From: a candidate division FCPU426 bacterium
Lineage (GTDB): Bacteria > Oederibacteriota > Muellerivitia > Muellerivitales > Muellerivitaceae
DNA length: 64,000 nucleotides
Reading direction: 5' to 3'
NCBI GenBank assembly: GCA_963738405.1
Contig: CAVTWJ010000023.1
Location: 352,001 to 416,000, forward strand
The position numbers were made by a program, and so were the translations under genes. Below the pieces are notes generated by a model, which was not told the DNA's origin, did not search any database, and saw only the letters and a program-made list of their open reading frames with translations. Numbering within the stretch: the stretch's first letter is position 1; the number at the start of each line of letters is the position of its first letter. This document shows positions 42,794 through 52,654 of the stretch, piece by piece.

Positions 42794-43224
42794 GTCTTGG
42801 TGTTTAGGAGTGTCGAAATAAAGCTAAAATCGTTATAACTGAAAACGATGCAAAGCCCTTTTGACAATTTTCGCATTTAAGCAGGCAAAATCAAGCAAAG
42901 TTCATTCTTTTCATCACCAAAGACATGGCTCAATCACTTTTGTTTTTCGTTAAAGCTTATCGTCATTCTATTTTTCATAAAGCCAATGGGAATTAATAAA
43001 ACACACCCTATGAAATCAACTTGTCGAGAACCTTTAGATGTAACCGGTACCAAAATTAAGTTCGTCCACCCCGTACCTATAGAACCTTAAGCGACCTTGA
43101 ATAAAACCCATTTTCATTTCTAACTAAATCTCTTTTGTCCTTCACCCTGCTACAAATTTTTAGGAACCAGTTCCCCATTTCACCTCGGGGACTCGAGGGA
43201 AGGTCCGCTTGTTATAATTTCAAA

Positions 43225-45135
43225 ATGGATTCCATCCCCGCCTCCCTTCCTCCTGATCCCATAAAGAAAATTCCCCGCCCGCTCTTTTTAAGTTCCTGGT
43301 TTTATCCCCTGATCCTTTCCTTTGTCCTCGTCGTCCTCTTTGGGGCGCGCCTGGTGAACGACTCCGATTTGGGGTTTCATCTTCGAACCGGCCAATGGAT
43401 CTATCAAAACCACCGTCTCCCCGCCCAGGACGCCTTCACCTACACCGCCTCCAGCCGGGAATATCTGGATATGGAATGGCTTTATCAGGGTGCGGTCTAC
43501 CTCATTTGGCGGCTGGGGGACTACGCCCTTCTTTCCATCTCCCATACCCTCCTGGCCCTGGCGGCCTTTGGCCTGCTCTGGTTCAGGTTAAGGGAAACCG
43601 GCGCCTCTCCCTGGTCCGGGGTTCTTTTATTTCTGACCGCCGTCCTCGCCTGTGAACCCCGTTTTCGGGTCCGGCCCGAAATCCTCACCTGGGTTTTCCT
43701 GAGCCTGGATCTTTGGATTTTGGAATCCCGCCTTCAGCGCAAGCGCGACCTGCTTTACCTGCTCCCGGTCATACAATTATTTTGGGTGAACACCGAGGGT
43801 CTTTTCTTTTTAGGCCCGGCGGTGATAGCCATCTACTTGATCGCGAGTTTTTCATCTTCCCCCAAGGCCGACCCCAAGCTGATCCGCTATGGCGTGCTCT
43901 CGGCCGCGGCCTGTCTAGCCAACCCCTATTTGATCCGCGGCGCCCTCTTTCCCTTTTCCCTGCTTTCCACCCTCAGTTCCTCCAACATCTTCAAATACAC
44001 GGTCCAGGAATTCCAACCACCCTGGTCCTTCACGCCTTCCCCCTGGACGCCCGCGCCTTCCTTTCTCTGGGCCTATAAGTTCTTTTGTTTTTTTCTCATC
44101 TTTTTTCTTCTCGGCACGTCTAAAAACCGCAAAATCCACGAATGGCTCATCGCCGTCTTTTTTTTCCTGATCTCCGCCATGGCGGTGCGGAACATTCCCC
44201 TGTTTCTCATCGCCTGCGCGCCCCTGGCCGCCGCCGCATGGAAGGACTGGAAAGGCCCCAGGCTTCAAAAATTCCAGGAAACCTTGCTCTTCAAACCCTG
44301 GACCTCCGTGATCCTGGTGTTGTTTCTCTTAGTGTTCTCGGCCGGCATCGTCACCAACGCCCATTACGTTTCCAACCGGCTCACGGACCGTTTTGGATGG
44401 GGCCTGGACGCCCATTCCCAGCCCGTCCAAGCCTGCCGATTCCTGACCGAAAACCATTTGGACGGGAAAATCTTGAATGACTTGGACGACGGGGACTGGA
44501 TCGAGTGGCTCACTCCCCAAAAAACCTTTATCGATGGGAGGCTTGAATTGATGGGCCGGGACTTCCTGACCCAATATTTCCAGGCCCAGGCGCCGGGAGG
44601 ATTAGCGCCTCTATTGGGCCAATACCAGCCCGACATCCTTTTCTTCAATCCCCTTCTGGTTCCGCAATGGTCCACCCTTCTGCAAAATCGTCCGGACTGG
44701 CGGCTGGTTTATATGGATTCCTTGAACGCCATCTATCTGAAAAGGGGATACGGGGATCAAATTCCGGGGTTGGATTTCGGGAAGTTATTGGAAGCGAACG
44801 GTATTTCCCCAACTCTCATCAACCAAGCGCCGCTTCTGCTTCAAGCCGGCCCTCCCCCGAACCCGGGGTGGATCGATCTCATCCGGCCCGTGACCTATCC
44901 CAACGACCTGTTGAATCTCGGTATTTTTTCAAGCTATGTGGGCCAACCCCAGGCATCGGAACTCTTTTTTTTGGAGGCGATCCGGCTTTCCCATGGACGC
45001 TACACGGATTTTTACTATGACTTAGGGCTGGTTTTCGCGAACGCCAACCTGAGGGACGCGGCGGCGCTTTGCATGAAAAGGGTCCTGCGGGAAAAGCCTT
45101 GGGACCCGGTGGCCCGTCAAATCGCGGGAATGTGA
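43225..45135 (+). CDS. Polytopic membrane protein (GT-C-like) with C-terminal TPR-like region
   Basis: DSDLGFHLRTG, EWL, RPE, WVNTEG, FIDGR motifs; TGTTATAAT 6 nt before ATG 43225. Confidence 0.6.
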   Translation: MDSIPASLPPDPIKKIPRPLFLSSWFYPLILSFVLVVLFGARLVNDSDLGFHLRTGQWIYQNHRLPAQDAFTYTASSREYLDMEWLYQGAVYLIWRLGDYALLSISHTLLALAAFGLLWFRLRETGASPWSGVLLFLTAVLACEPRFRVRPEILTWVFLSLDLWILESRLQRKRDLLYLLPVIQLFWVNTEGLFFLGPAVIAIYLIASFSSSPKADPKLIRYGVLSAAACLANPYLIRGALFPFSLLSTLSSSNIFKYTVQEFQPPWSFTPSPWTPAPSFLWAYKFFCFFLIFFLLGTSKNRKIHEWLIAVFFFLISAMAVRNIPLFLIACAPLAAAAWKDWKGPRLQKFQETLLFKPWTSVILVLFLLVFSAGIVTNAHYVSNRLTDRFGWGLDAHSQPVQACRFLTENHLDGKILNDLDDGDWIEWLTPQKTFIDGRLELMGRDFLTQYFQAQAPGGLAPLLGQYQPDILFFNPLLVPQWSTLLQNRPDWRLVYMDSLNAIYLKRGYGDQIPGLDFGKLLEANGISPTLINQAPLLLQAGPPPNPGWIDLIRPVTYPNDLLNLGIFSSYVGQPQASELFFLEAIRLSHGRYTDFYYDLGLVFANANLRDAAALCMKRVLREKPWDPVARQIAGM

Positions 45136-45138
45136 CTT

Positions 45139-47238
45139 TTAGGGGGTGGGGACGCGGGACTGCGTCTTTTTCCAAGCCATCCCCGCCATCAGCAGCCACC
45201 AACAAAGAAGCGACACAAAAAATCCAACCCGAACGGAAACAGGTTCATACCGAAACTCGATCGAATGATTCCCTCTCGGGACCGCCGGTACGGCCATGAA
45301 AAAACCGAAGGCCCTGGCGATAGGCGCGGGATTTCCATTAACCCAGGCCCGCCAGCCCGGAGTGTAAGCTTCGTTCCAAACCAGCCAAGGGTTCGCTCCT
45401 GTAACATTTCCTGAAAATACAGCCCTTGTAGCCCCTTGCCTTTCCCATCCCTGGATCGAAACTTCGGGCGGGCGGAGATTCCTTTCCGGCGGAGGAAGCT
45501 TCTCGGTTTTTTCCAAATAGACAATCGTTGGCGGAGTCGAGAGGGAGGCTTCCCCCTCCAATTGGGAGAGGAGGCTGTCCCGATCCTCAAAGGTTTTGGA
45601 GTCTCCCGCGATCCAGGCGTCCGGCAGGCAATGCTCGTTGGACATCAAATAATCATCGCCGTCTTTTTCCAACACCCGGTAATGGGGAGCCTCCAATTCA
45701 ATGGGGAAATAGAGGGCCTTCACCCCCGCCAGGTCCGCCAAACGGCCGGCGTAGCTGGCGCTTTGGTTAAAGTTTTTCCAGAGCAGTTCCATGCCCTTGG
45801 TCCAGGTGGAAAGATAGGCGTGGGAGGACCGGATGCCCCAGACATTGTTGGAATTGGTTAAAAAATCCCTCACCCAAAGTCCGGAAGCGTCGGCGAAGGC
45901 CTCTTGTTGGTTTCCCTCTCCCTTGGCCACGGTCTGGCTCTTCACGTGGAGGCTCACGATCCTTTGCCCCCCCACGGCCCCCGCCACCCTTTGGGCCCAG
46001 GCTTGGATTTCCGGTTTGAGGAAAGGATCAGGGACCGGATAAACGGTCCTTGCCGGTATCAAAAGAACATCCAAAAGCCAAAGGCAGGCGGCGGCCCAGC
46101 AAACCTTATCCCGAAGAATTCCCGTTAATCTAGCCTGAAAAAACCGGGTCAATCCCAAACACGCTCCCGTTAAGGCGGCAAAAAGAAATACCCCCACCGC
46201 CTTGGATGGGTCCAGAGCTTCCAGAACTCTTTCCGGAATCACCCGCCAAAGGGGAAAGGCCCCGCCCATCATCCATAGGAGCCAGATCAAAGCGGACCAG
46301 GTCCAAAACCTTGGGGTGAAAGTTTTCGGGAAAAGGAATCCCGTAATCCAGGCCAATAGGGGAATCAAACCAAAATAAAGCATGAAATTGGAATTGGGGC
46401 TCTGGCCCTGATAGCCGGCCGCGCCCGGAATCCCCAAGGCCGTGGGAGAGAACAGTGTGAGCAATTCCCCGCCTCTTAAGAAATAGGGGTAGCGGTCCGG
46501 GGATCCCCATCCGCCCCTTCCGGCGTTGGAAAGAAAATCGAGAAAGGGTAAAACCTGCGCCGAGGTGAGTGCCAGCGCCATCCCCGCTGCCGCCCCCATC
46601 TGCCATCTTTTGAAGGCAGGCAGGGGCTTAAGAAAAATCCAGGCCGCCAAAAAAATACCCGTATAGAAACTAAAGAAGGGATAGCCCGCCAGGATTTGCA
46701 GGGCCAACGCGCCCGCCAGGGCCAGCCACCAGCGCCGCTTCCCCGCCTCCAAAAACCGCCCGGCGGTGAAAAAGACCCAGGGGGTCCAGCATTGGGCCGC
46801 CGAAAACATGGGGTAGGCCCAGATCCTCGTCATGTGGAGGGAGCCCGCGAAAGACACAGCGCCCAATACCGCCCAGGGGTTCTGGATTTTTTGATTTCGC
46901 GCCCAAAGATAAAATCCCAAAAAAGCCAGGGCCGTATGGAGGAGCGACATCCAAACCAGCCATTGGGAAAGCCCGGTAAAGTGAAAAAGCCAAAAGGGCG
47001 GATAAAGGCAGGCCGAAAGATCGTTTCCCAACTGGGGCATGCCGCAGCCCGTAGTGGGATCCCAAAGGGGAACCAACCCCTTTTCCCACGCCGCCAGGTT
47101 CACGGCCTGGCTGGGGTAAGAAAAAAGAATCTCATCCGTCACGGCGGGAAGTTTTCCCCGGAAAAGGAAAGCCCAAACGAGGAGTGAAAATAAAAAGACG
47201 GCGCCGGCGAAAAAGCCGGGATGGAGGATTTTTCTCAT
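45139..47238 (-). CDS. YfhO-like membrane protein
   Basis: PLWDPTTGCGMP, LAGYP, YTPGWRAWVNG...GNHSIEFRYEP. Confidence 0.75.
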   Translation of the reverse strand: MRKILHPGFFAGAVFLFSLLVWAFLFRGKLPAVTDEILFSYPSQAVNLAAWEKGLVPLWDPTTGCGMPQLGNDLSACLYPPFWLFHFTGLSQWLVWMSLLHTALAFLGFYLWARNQKIQNPWAVLGAVSFAGSLHMTRIWAYPMFSAAQCWTPWVFFTAGRFLEAGKRRWWLALAGALALQILAGYPFFSFYTGIFLAAWIFLKPLPAFKRWQMGAAAGMALALTSAQVLPFLDFLSNAGRGGWGSPDRYPYFLRGGELLTLFSPTALGIPGAAGYQGQSPNSNFMLYFGLIPLLAWITGFLFPKTFTPRFWTWSALIWLLWMMGGAFPLWRVIPERVLEALDPSKAVGVFLFAALTGACLGLTRFFQARLTGILRDKVCWAAACLWLLDVLLIPARTVYPVPDPFLKPEIQAWAQRVAGAVGGQRIVSLHVKSQTVAKGEGNQQEAFADASGLWVRDFLTNSNNVWGIRSSHAYLSTWTKGMELLWKNFNQSASYAGRLADLAGVKALYFPIELEAPHYRVLEKDGDDYLMSNEHCLPDAWIAGDSKTFEDRDSLLSQLEGEASLSTPPTIVYLEKTEKLPPPERNLRPPEVSIQGWERQGATRAVFSGNVTGANPWLVWNEAYTPGWRAWVNGNPAPIARAFGFFMAVPAVPRGNHSIEFRYEPVSVRVGFFVSLLCWWLLMAGMAWKKTQSRVPTP

Positions 47239-47259
47239 CGTCCGCGAAACCTTTCTTAA

Positions 47260-47625
47260 CTACAAGGTCTTGGCGGGGCCGTGTTTTCCCTGGGGGGCGT
47301 GGTAATGGAGCACCTGAATATCCTGAACCGTCACCAGGCAGTGGGTGGGAAGCATGGGTTCAATTTCCCGAAGGGCCTTGCGGATCTGGGCGGGCCGATC
47401 CACCACCTCAATGAGCATGGGAAGGTTCTCGCTTAATTCCAAAACGCCCGAATCATGAATATGGGCTTTGGAGCCAAACCCCTCCACCGCCTTAAACACC
47501 GTGGCCCCGGCTATTTTTAGATCGAGAAGTTTCTGGACGATGGCCCGGTATAAAAGCTGATTTTTCCATTTCAAGTTCTCATCCAGGAAAATTCTTAACA
47601 CTTTGCATTTGCCAACCAGTTTCAT
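47260..47625 (-). CDS. DUF190 family (PII-like) protein
   Basis: LRIFLDE, GATVFKAVEGFG, LSENLPMLIEVVD; adjacent to crcB. Confidence 0.9.
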   Translation of the reverse strand: MKLVGKCKVLRIFLDENLKWKNQLLYRAIVQKLLDLKIAGATVFKAVEGFGSKAHIHDSGVLELSENLPMLIEVVDRPAQIRKALREIEPMLPTHCLVTVQDIQVLHYHAPQGKHGPAKTL

Positions 47626-47729
47626 ACCCGCCTCCTGAATGGCTGCCAAAATTTCAAAAAACTTCCAAGCAGCCTTTCACCCCAAAAATCCCGGAGGAAT
47701 CGTGGGGTTACCTTATGTTTTGACCAAAT

Positions 47730-48110
47730 CTACAAAACCTTCGCCAGGGTGATCCCGCCCCAGGTACCGAAAAGACATCCTCCCACGCTTAAGAGGATGT
47801 TTCCCGCCGCAAGCTTCCAATTGCCCTCTGAAATATAGCGGAAGGTATCCCAACTAAAGGTGGAGAAGGTGGTATAGGAGGCGCAAAAGCCCACGGTCAG
47901 GAAGAGCCGGATATTGGGTGAAAAGACGCCCCTCTGCATATTCAAGGTCAAAACCCAGGCCATCACCAGGGAGCCGGTGATATTGATGAGGAGCGTCCCC
48001 CAGGCGAAGGTAGTTCCCCATTTTTCGGCGGACCAAAGGCCCAGGGCGTATCGGCTCCAGGCGCCCAAAATTCCCCCCGCCGCGATCCAAAGGTATCGAT
48101 CCAAGTTCAT
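47730..48110 (-). CDS. crcB: Fluoride efflux channel FluC/CrcB
   Basis: GGILGAWSRY, WGTLLINITGS, GFCASYTTFSTF. Confidence 0.93.
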   Translation of the reverse strand: MNLDRYLWIAAGGILGAWSRYALGLWSAEKWGTTFAWGTLLINITGSLVMAWVLTLNMQRGVFSPNIRLFLTVGFCASYTTFSTFSWDTFRYISEGNWKLAAGNILLSVGGCLFGTWGGITLAKVL

Positions 48111-48218
48111 CCTCCCAAAACAGTTTACAGGGCGGGGGCCGGTCCTTGCCATCTCTTCGCCCATGATTTTTCCCCCGCCAGCCAATAGAATGGGCGCACT
48201 TTTCGTAAAGGATCGACC

Positions 48219-48917
48219 ATGGCCACCGTCACTTGTTTTCAACACATCGACTGTGAGGGTCCCGGAACGCTGGAGGAATTTCTCCGCTCCAAGGGAATCA
48301 AATTACAAATCCTCAAACCCTTTAAGGGCGATGCCATCCCCGAACAGCTGGGAGAGGGCCTGGTGATTTTGGGCGGGCCCATGGGCGTATATGAGGAAAG
48401 CCGGTACCCCTGGATGTCGGAAGAGCTTAACGCCATACGCGCCTGCTTACGAACCGGCAGGCCCATCCTTGGCATTTGCCTGGGCTCTCAAATGCTGGCC
48501 GCGGCCTCGGGCGGCCAGGTCTACAAGGGCGCCCTGCCGGAAGTGGGCTGGTATCCCCTTTCCCTTACCTACGATGGCAGGATGGACCCTCTTTTCCTGG
48601 GGCTGGACGAATCCCCCATGGCCTTCCATTGGCACGGCGACACCTTTTCTCTTCCCCCCGGCTCATTGAGGCTTGCCGAAAGCGCGCTCACACGAAACCA
48701 GGCCTTCCGCGTCGGGGTGAACGCCTACGGTTTTCAATTCCATCTGGAAACCACCGAGGAAATGGTTCGGAGCTGGGAAAAACTTTACGCCGCCGAGCTG
48801 TCCCCCCAAGGCGGGCCCAACCGTCCCGAACGGATCTCGGAAAATCTTTCCACCAACGCCAAGGCCCTGCGCCACACGTCCGAAAAGGTCTTCAGCCGTT
48901 GGGCCGCCCTCTTATAA
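48219..48917 (+). CDS. Type 1 glutamine amidotransferase (GMP-synthase-like)
   Basis: LGGPMGVY, GICLGSQ, WHGDTF, QFHLE. Confidence 0.9.
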   Translation: MATVTCFQHIDCEGPGTLEEFLRSKGIKLQILKPFKGDAIPEQLGEGLVILGGPMGVYEESRYPWMSEELNAIRACLRTGRPILGICLGSQMLAAASGGQVYKGALPEVGWYPLSLTYDGRMDPLFLGLDESPMAFHWHGDTFSLPPGSLRLAESALTRNQAFRVGVNAYGFQFHLETTEEMVRSWEKLYAAELSPQGGPNRPERISENLSTNAKALRHTSEKVFSRWAALL

Positions 48918-48948
48918 CTTAAACTAAAGTTAAGACCCTCATCCTCTT

Positions 48949-49572
48949 TTACTTCCGCCCCTGGATTTGCCTGATCTCAACCGAAACCTTGGCTTGTTTA
49001 ACCGATTCCGGGCCTCCCTCCTCCAATTCTGCGGGTCCCGCAACTTTCTTTTGAATCTCCTTCAATTCCTCCAGGTTCCCCATCAAGGTCCGGCAGAGGG
49101 GCTCACTGGAACCGCTGTCCTGGGAATCCTTGTAGGCTTGGTTCAAGGGATTTTGGGTGTCCAAGGCCTGGAATAATTTCCTTGATTCCTCCGGCCCCAA
49201 GCCGATGGCGATGCCCTGCACGGCCTTTCGCTGCCAGTTGCCGATCCTCAAATGAAAGTCCTTATCCTCCGCGCGGTTGAATAAGTTATGACCTTCGAGA
49301 ATCAAGTGATCCAGATAGGCCTTAAAAAAGGCCTCCGAGGTCTGGTCGAAGACTTCTTTTCTTTTGAGGGAATATTCAATCGAGGTGAACCAAAGAAAAA
49401 CAAGCCAGACCAGCCCCCAAACCGTCCAGGGAATCGAAGAACTAAAGGGCGGGGGAAAAAGCCATTTCAGAATCAGGGGGGCCATAAGCAGGAGGCTGAA
49501 GAAAACCGCCAGCGCGGGAATTTGAAAGGTGAGCCGGATGATTTCAAACCGGTCTTGGAGCCATTTCTTCAT
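48949..49572 (-). CDS. Hypothetical membrane protein
   Basis: Two N-terminal TMs then helical soluble region. Confidence 0.55.
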   Translation of the reverse strand: MKKWLQDRFEIIRLTFQIPALAVFFSLLLMAPLILKWLFPPPFSSSIPWTVWGLVWLVFLWFTSIEYSLKRKEVFDQTSEAFFKAYLDHLILEGHNLFNRAEDKDFHLRIGNWQRKAVQGIAIGLGPEESRKLFQALDTQNPLNQAYKDSQDSGSSEPLCRTLMGNLEELKEIQKKVAGPAELEEGGPESVKQAKVSVEIRQIQGRK

Positions 49573-49662
49573 GCCAGAATCCTAGCGGATTAGAAGCCGA
49601 ATTGGGAGTTCTATGCCTCCCTCTCCTGAGCCATAATGGGCCATCTTGAGGAGGGGGTGCCC

Positions 49663-50034
49663 ATGGCCGACAAACCGAAAATTCAATGGCTTTCCGAACC
49701 CGAGGACAAGGACTACCCGGCGGCCCAATCCTACCTGGGCCTTTTTCATAACGACACGGAGGCAAACACCTTGGTCGCGAAACTCAAGACCGCCAAAATC
49801 ACCCAGTTCAAGGCCAAGGATATCTTTCGGGCTTCGGGTTTGTCCCTTCTGGGCGTCAGCAATTCGCATGTGACCAAGGACCAGCAAAAAATCAAGGACG
49901 GCAAATCAATGTCGCCTCTCCTGCTCGTTCGGGACCCTCAAAACGGCAAGGTCATCATCGCCGACGGCTACCATCGCCTCTGCGCGGTCTATAGCTTTGA
50001 CGAGGATGAGCTGATCCCCTGCAAAATCGTCTAA
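49663..50034 (+). CDS. Small ParB/Srx-like hypothetical protein
   Basis: PLLLVR...VIIADGYHRL motif; GAGGAGG RBS. Confidence 0.6.
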   Translation: MADKPKIQWLSEPEDKDYPAAQSYLGLFHNDTEANTLVAKLKTAKITQFKAKDIFRASGLSLLGVSNSHVTKDQQKIKDGKSMSPLLLVRDPQNGKVIIADGYHRLCAVYSFDEDELIPCKIV

Positions 50035-50058
50035 AAAACATGTGGTATGTTTAAGGCC

Positions 50059-51489
50059 ATGAACTCAACCCGGCCTTTTTTGAAACAGCTTCAGCCGATG
50101 GTGGTAGGCCTCTTAGCGGTCTTCCTGAGCCTGACAGCCCCGGCCGAGGCGCAAACCTACTTTGGCAACCAGTCCCTCATCACCACCACCTCCAGTTTCC
50201 CCCTTGATTCTGATACCGCCCGGGCTGATATCCGGTTCACCGCACAGCAATCGTCGCCCATCACCGAGGTTCAACTCTTCTTTTCGAATATCCAGGGCAC
50301 GCCCGAATACACTGTAAGCCTCCAGTCCGACTCCGGCGGCCTTCCCAGCGGGACTCCCCTGGCGGGAACCACTTCCTTCACCCCCACCCTTTCAGCCAAT
50401 GGGACTTGGACTGATATTCCGCTTAGTTCGCCGGTAAACGTGTCGGCGGGTACCGTCTATCACCTGGTGGTGGTCTGGGACAGCGGTTTTCCGGCCATCA
50501 GCCCGACGAATCGGGCGGTACTGGTCATTTCCACAACACCGGATAATTATTTTTATCCTGTGAACGGCGCCCCGGACGCCCAATTGGCCGTAGCGACAGA
50601 TTCCGGCAACGGAACCTGGAACCCTCTGGCTCAAGAACCAATTTTTTTATTGAATTACTCGGGCACTTGGAGCGGAAATTCTTACATCAACACAGCCCCT
50701 CTTTTAGCAACGCTCGTGAACATGGCCACAGTAACAGCCGGGGAATATTTTTCAGTGGGCTCACCCCTCACCATCTCTTCGGTGGGGGCCTATGCCTCGG
50801 AGGCAAGCCCTGCCGACAATCTCTATTGGACTCTCATCAATACTGCGGGGCCGGCCACCTTGGGCACCGGAACCCTGGCCACCCCCGCGCAGTTAGTCTC
50901 GGGTTCCGCCTGGGTAGATGCTCCCATCGCGCCCCTGGTTCTTCCGACAGGAAATTATCTGTTGGAATTTACGTCGCCCTCAAGCGCCGCGGGCACCGGT
51001 TATTACCCCATGGCCTTGATGACTTCCGGGCTGCTCATGGGAGGGTTTCCGTGGGATCAAGTGACTTATGGTGGGGATAACTCCCATGGGGTATTCAGCA
51101 CGAAAGTCGGCCTCTTCACCGTCTTTCTCGGGGGTGATTTCGACCTGGACTTCCGTTTCCAACTCGCCGTCCCCCCTACCCCCACGCCGGTGCCCCAAGC
51201 CAGCAATACCCTTTTTGTTTCATTAAACCTTTTTCAACCCTCACAGGGCCCGGTTTCCATTTTCCTTTCCACCAACCAATATCCAGGTGATCTGAGACTG
51301 AAGATTTACAATTCGGCAGGGGAATATATCCAAACTTTGGAGGACCGGCATATCACCTCGGCCTATCAAAATTCCTATTCGTGGAATGGAACCAACACGA
51401 AGGGGGATAAGGTGGCGGACGGGGTTTACTTTTTTCTTCTGACCGATCCCGCCGGTATCAAAAGAGCCAATTTGCTTGTGGTGAAATAA
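50059..51489 (+). CDS. Secreted beta-sandwich protein with FlgD-Ig/T9SS-like CTD
   Basis: Signal peptide (AEA-Q), GGLPSGT..G.VY.L motifs, LKIYNSAGEYI...WNG..G..VADGVY...LLVVK. Confidence 0.7.
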   Translation: MNSTRPFLKQLQPMVVGLLAVFLSLTAPAEAQTYFGNQSLITTTSSFPLDSDTARADIRFTAQQSSPITEVQLFFSNIQGTPEYTVSLQSDSGGLPSGTPLAGTTSFTPTLSANGTWTDIPLSSPVNVSAGTVYHLVVVWDSGFPAISPTNRAVLVISTTPDNYFYPVNGAPDAQLAVATDSGNGTWNPLAQEPIFLLNYSGTWSGNSYINTAPLLATLVNMATVTAGEYFSVGSPLTISSVGAYASEASPADNLYWTLINTAGPATLGTGTLATPAQLVSGSAWVDAPIAPLVLPTGNYLLEFTSPSSAAGTGYYPMALMTSGLLMGGFPWDQVTYGGDNSHGVFSTKVGLFTVFLGGDFDLDFRFQLAVPPTPTPVPQASNTLFVSLNLFQPSQGPVSIFLSTNQYPGDLRLKIYNSAGEYIQTLEDRHITSAYQNSYSWNGTNTKGDKVADGVYFFLLTDPAGIKRANLLVVK

Positions 51490-51631
51490 GCCTCTGACCT
51501 CTTCTTTTGGGCCTTTATTCGGCCTTTCGCCCCTTTGCTTTCCTTTGAACTGTTCCTGGGAACCTTTTTCCACGACCTGTGTCCAATAAGACAAATGGCC
51601 TGCTAGGCCAATAAACTTAAGGAGACAGGTC

Positions 51632-52528
51632 ATGCGATTAAACAAAAAGCTGTTGGTTGCGCTGTTAGTCCTCGCGGCCTCGAAGGCCCCCGCCGCGACC
51701 GTGGATCATGAAGTCAAATACCGCCTCGCCATCATGCAAGACGACCAGCTCATCCACCGGATCAGGCATCAAGCCTTTAACTTCCGGATGGAGATCGTGA
51801 ACGACACCGACGGGGTGAAGTCCGAAACCGTCAAGAACGGGCACCCCTTCGTCACCGCCGTGAAGGGAGAGCGCTACTCGGTGAGGCTTTACAACCCCTT
51901 ACCCGTCCGTGTGGCGGTGAACCTGACCGTGGATGGGCTTAATTCCATCACCGGAAAGCCCAGCGGCATCGCCGACGGGGAAAAATGGATGATCGATCCT
52001 TATAGCTCCATCACCATTCCCGGCTGGCAGGTGAGCGACGGAGAGGCCCGGCGCTTCTTTTTCACCGACAAGCCCAAGTCTTACGCCAAGTGGCGGGAGG
52101 ATGTGACGGGCCAAAATCTCTCGGCCAACTGCGGGGTCATCGGGGCGGCCTTCTTTTGGAGCCAGGCGGAACTGAACGAGTACTATGACGAAAACCCCCT
52201 CTACCGCTATTCGGACTCCCGCCCCAGGGCGGAAAAGAAAAGCCTGTTCGACATGCCTTCCAACTCCGTGGGGGGCGCCGTCCCCGCGCCGGAAGCGGAG
52301 GGTGCCATGCAAAAGGATGTTGAGGCGGACACTTCCGCGGCCGCTCCCGCCGAACAGGCCGGTACCGGCATGGGCGAAGGCGAATCCCACCCCACCATTC
52401 AGGTAGCCTTTAACTACGACACCGGGATGTATTCCCTGGATCAGGCGCTGGTGGTCTATTACGACTTCGATCAAACCCCAAGCCCCAACCCCTTTCCATC
52501 CCTGGGGTACGCACCGCAGATTCCGTAA
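51632..52528 (+). CDS. Conserved secreted hypothetical protein
   Basis: Signal peptide; GERYSVRL, VDGLN, IPGW, GVIGAAFF, GTGMG motifs; AAGGAG RBS. Confidence 0.7.
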   Translation: MRLNKKLLVALLVLAASKAPAATVDHEVKYRLAIMQDDQLIHRIRHQAFNFRMEIVNDTDGVKSETVKNGHPFVTAVKGERYSVRLYNPLPVRVAVNLTVDGLNSITGKPSGIADGEKWMIDPYSSITIPGWQVSDGEARRFFFTDKPKSYAKWREDVTGQNLSANCGVIGAAFFWSQAELNEYYDENPLYRYSDSRPRAEKKSLFDMPSNSVGGAVPAPEAEGAMQKDVEADTSAAAPAEQAGTGMGEGESHPTIQVAFNYDTGMYSLDQALVVYYDFDQTPSPNPFPSLGYAPQIP

Positions 52529-52582
52529 CACAGTTGGAAAAAGTCTGATTGAAACCATGACGGTTTCCGGTTTACTATTCGA

Positions 52583-52611
52583 GGGGCCCCAGGAGTCTGG
52601 GGCCCCTTTTT
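52583..52611 (+). terminator. Intrinsic terminator
   Basis: GGGGCCCCAG-GAGT-CTGGGGCCCC-TTTTT. Confidence 0.8.
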
Positions 52612-52654
52612 CATTTAACCGATAGGGCCGAATTCCAGATTCAAGGGGATCAAC

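Noticed and set aside
38442..42867. Shared TTTGACAA-N6-CATTT motif upstream of the two giant paralogs
   Set aside because: Short match in AT-rich DNA; could be chance with only two instances.
48111..48218. Fluoride riboswitch upstream of crcB
   Set aside because: A GGGCG/CGCCC pairing exists, but the conserved GATGG and GCTGATGAC elements are not arranged as in the crcB motif.
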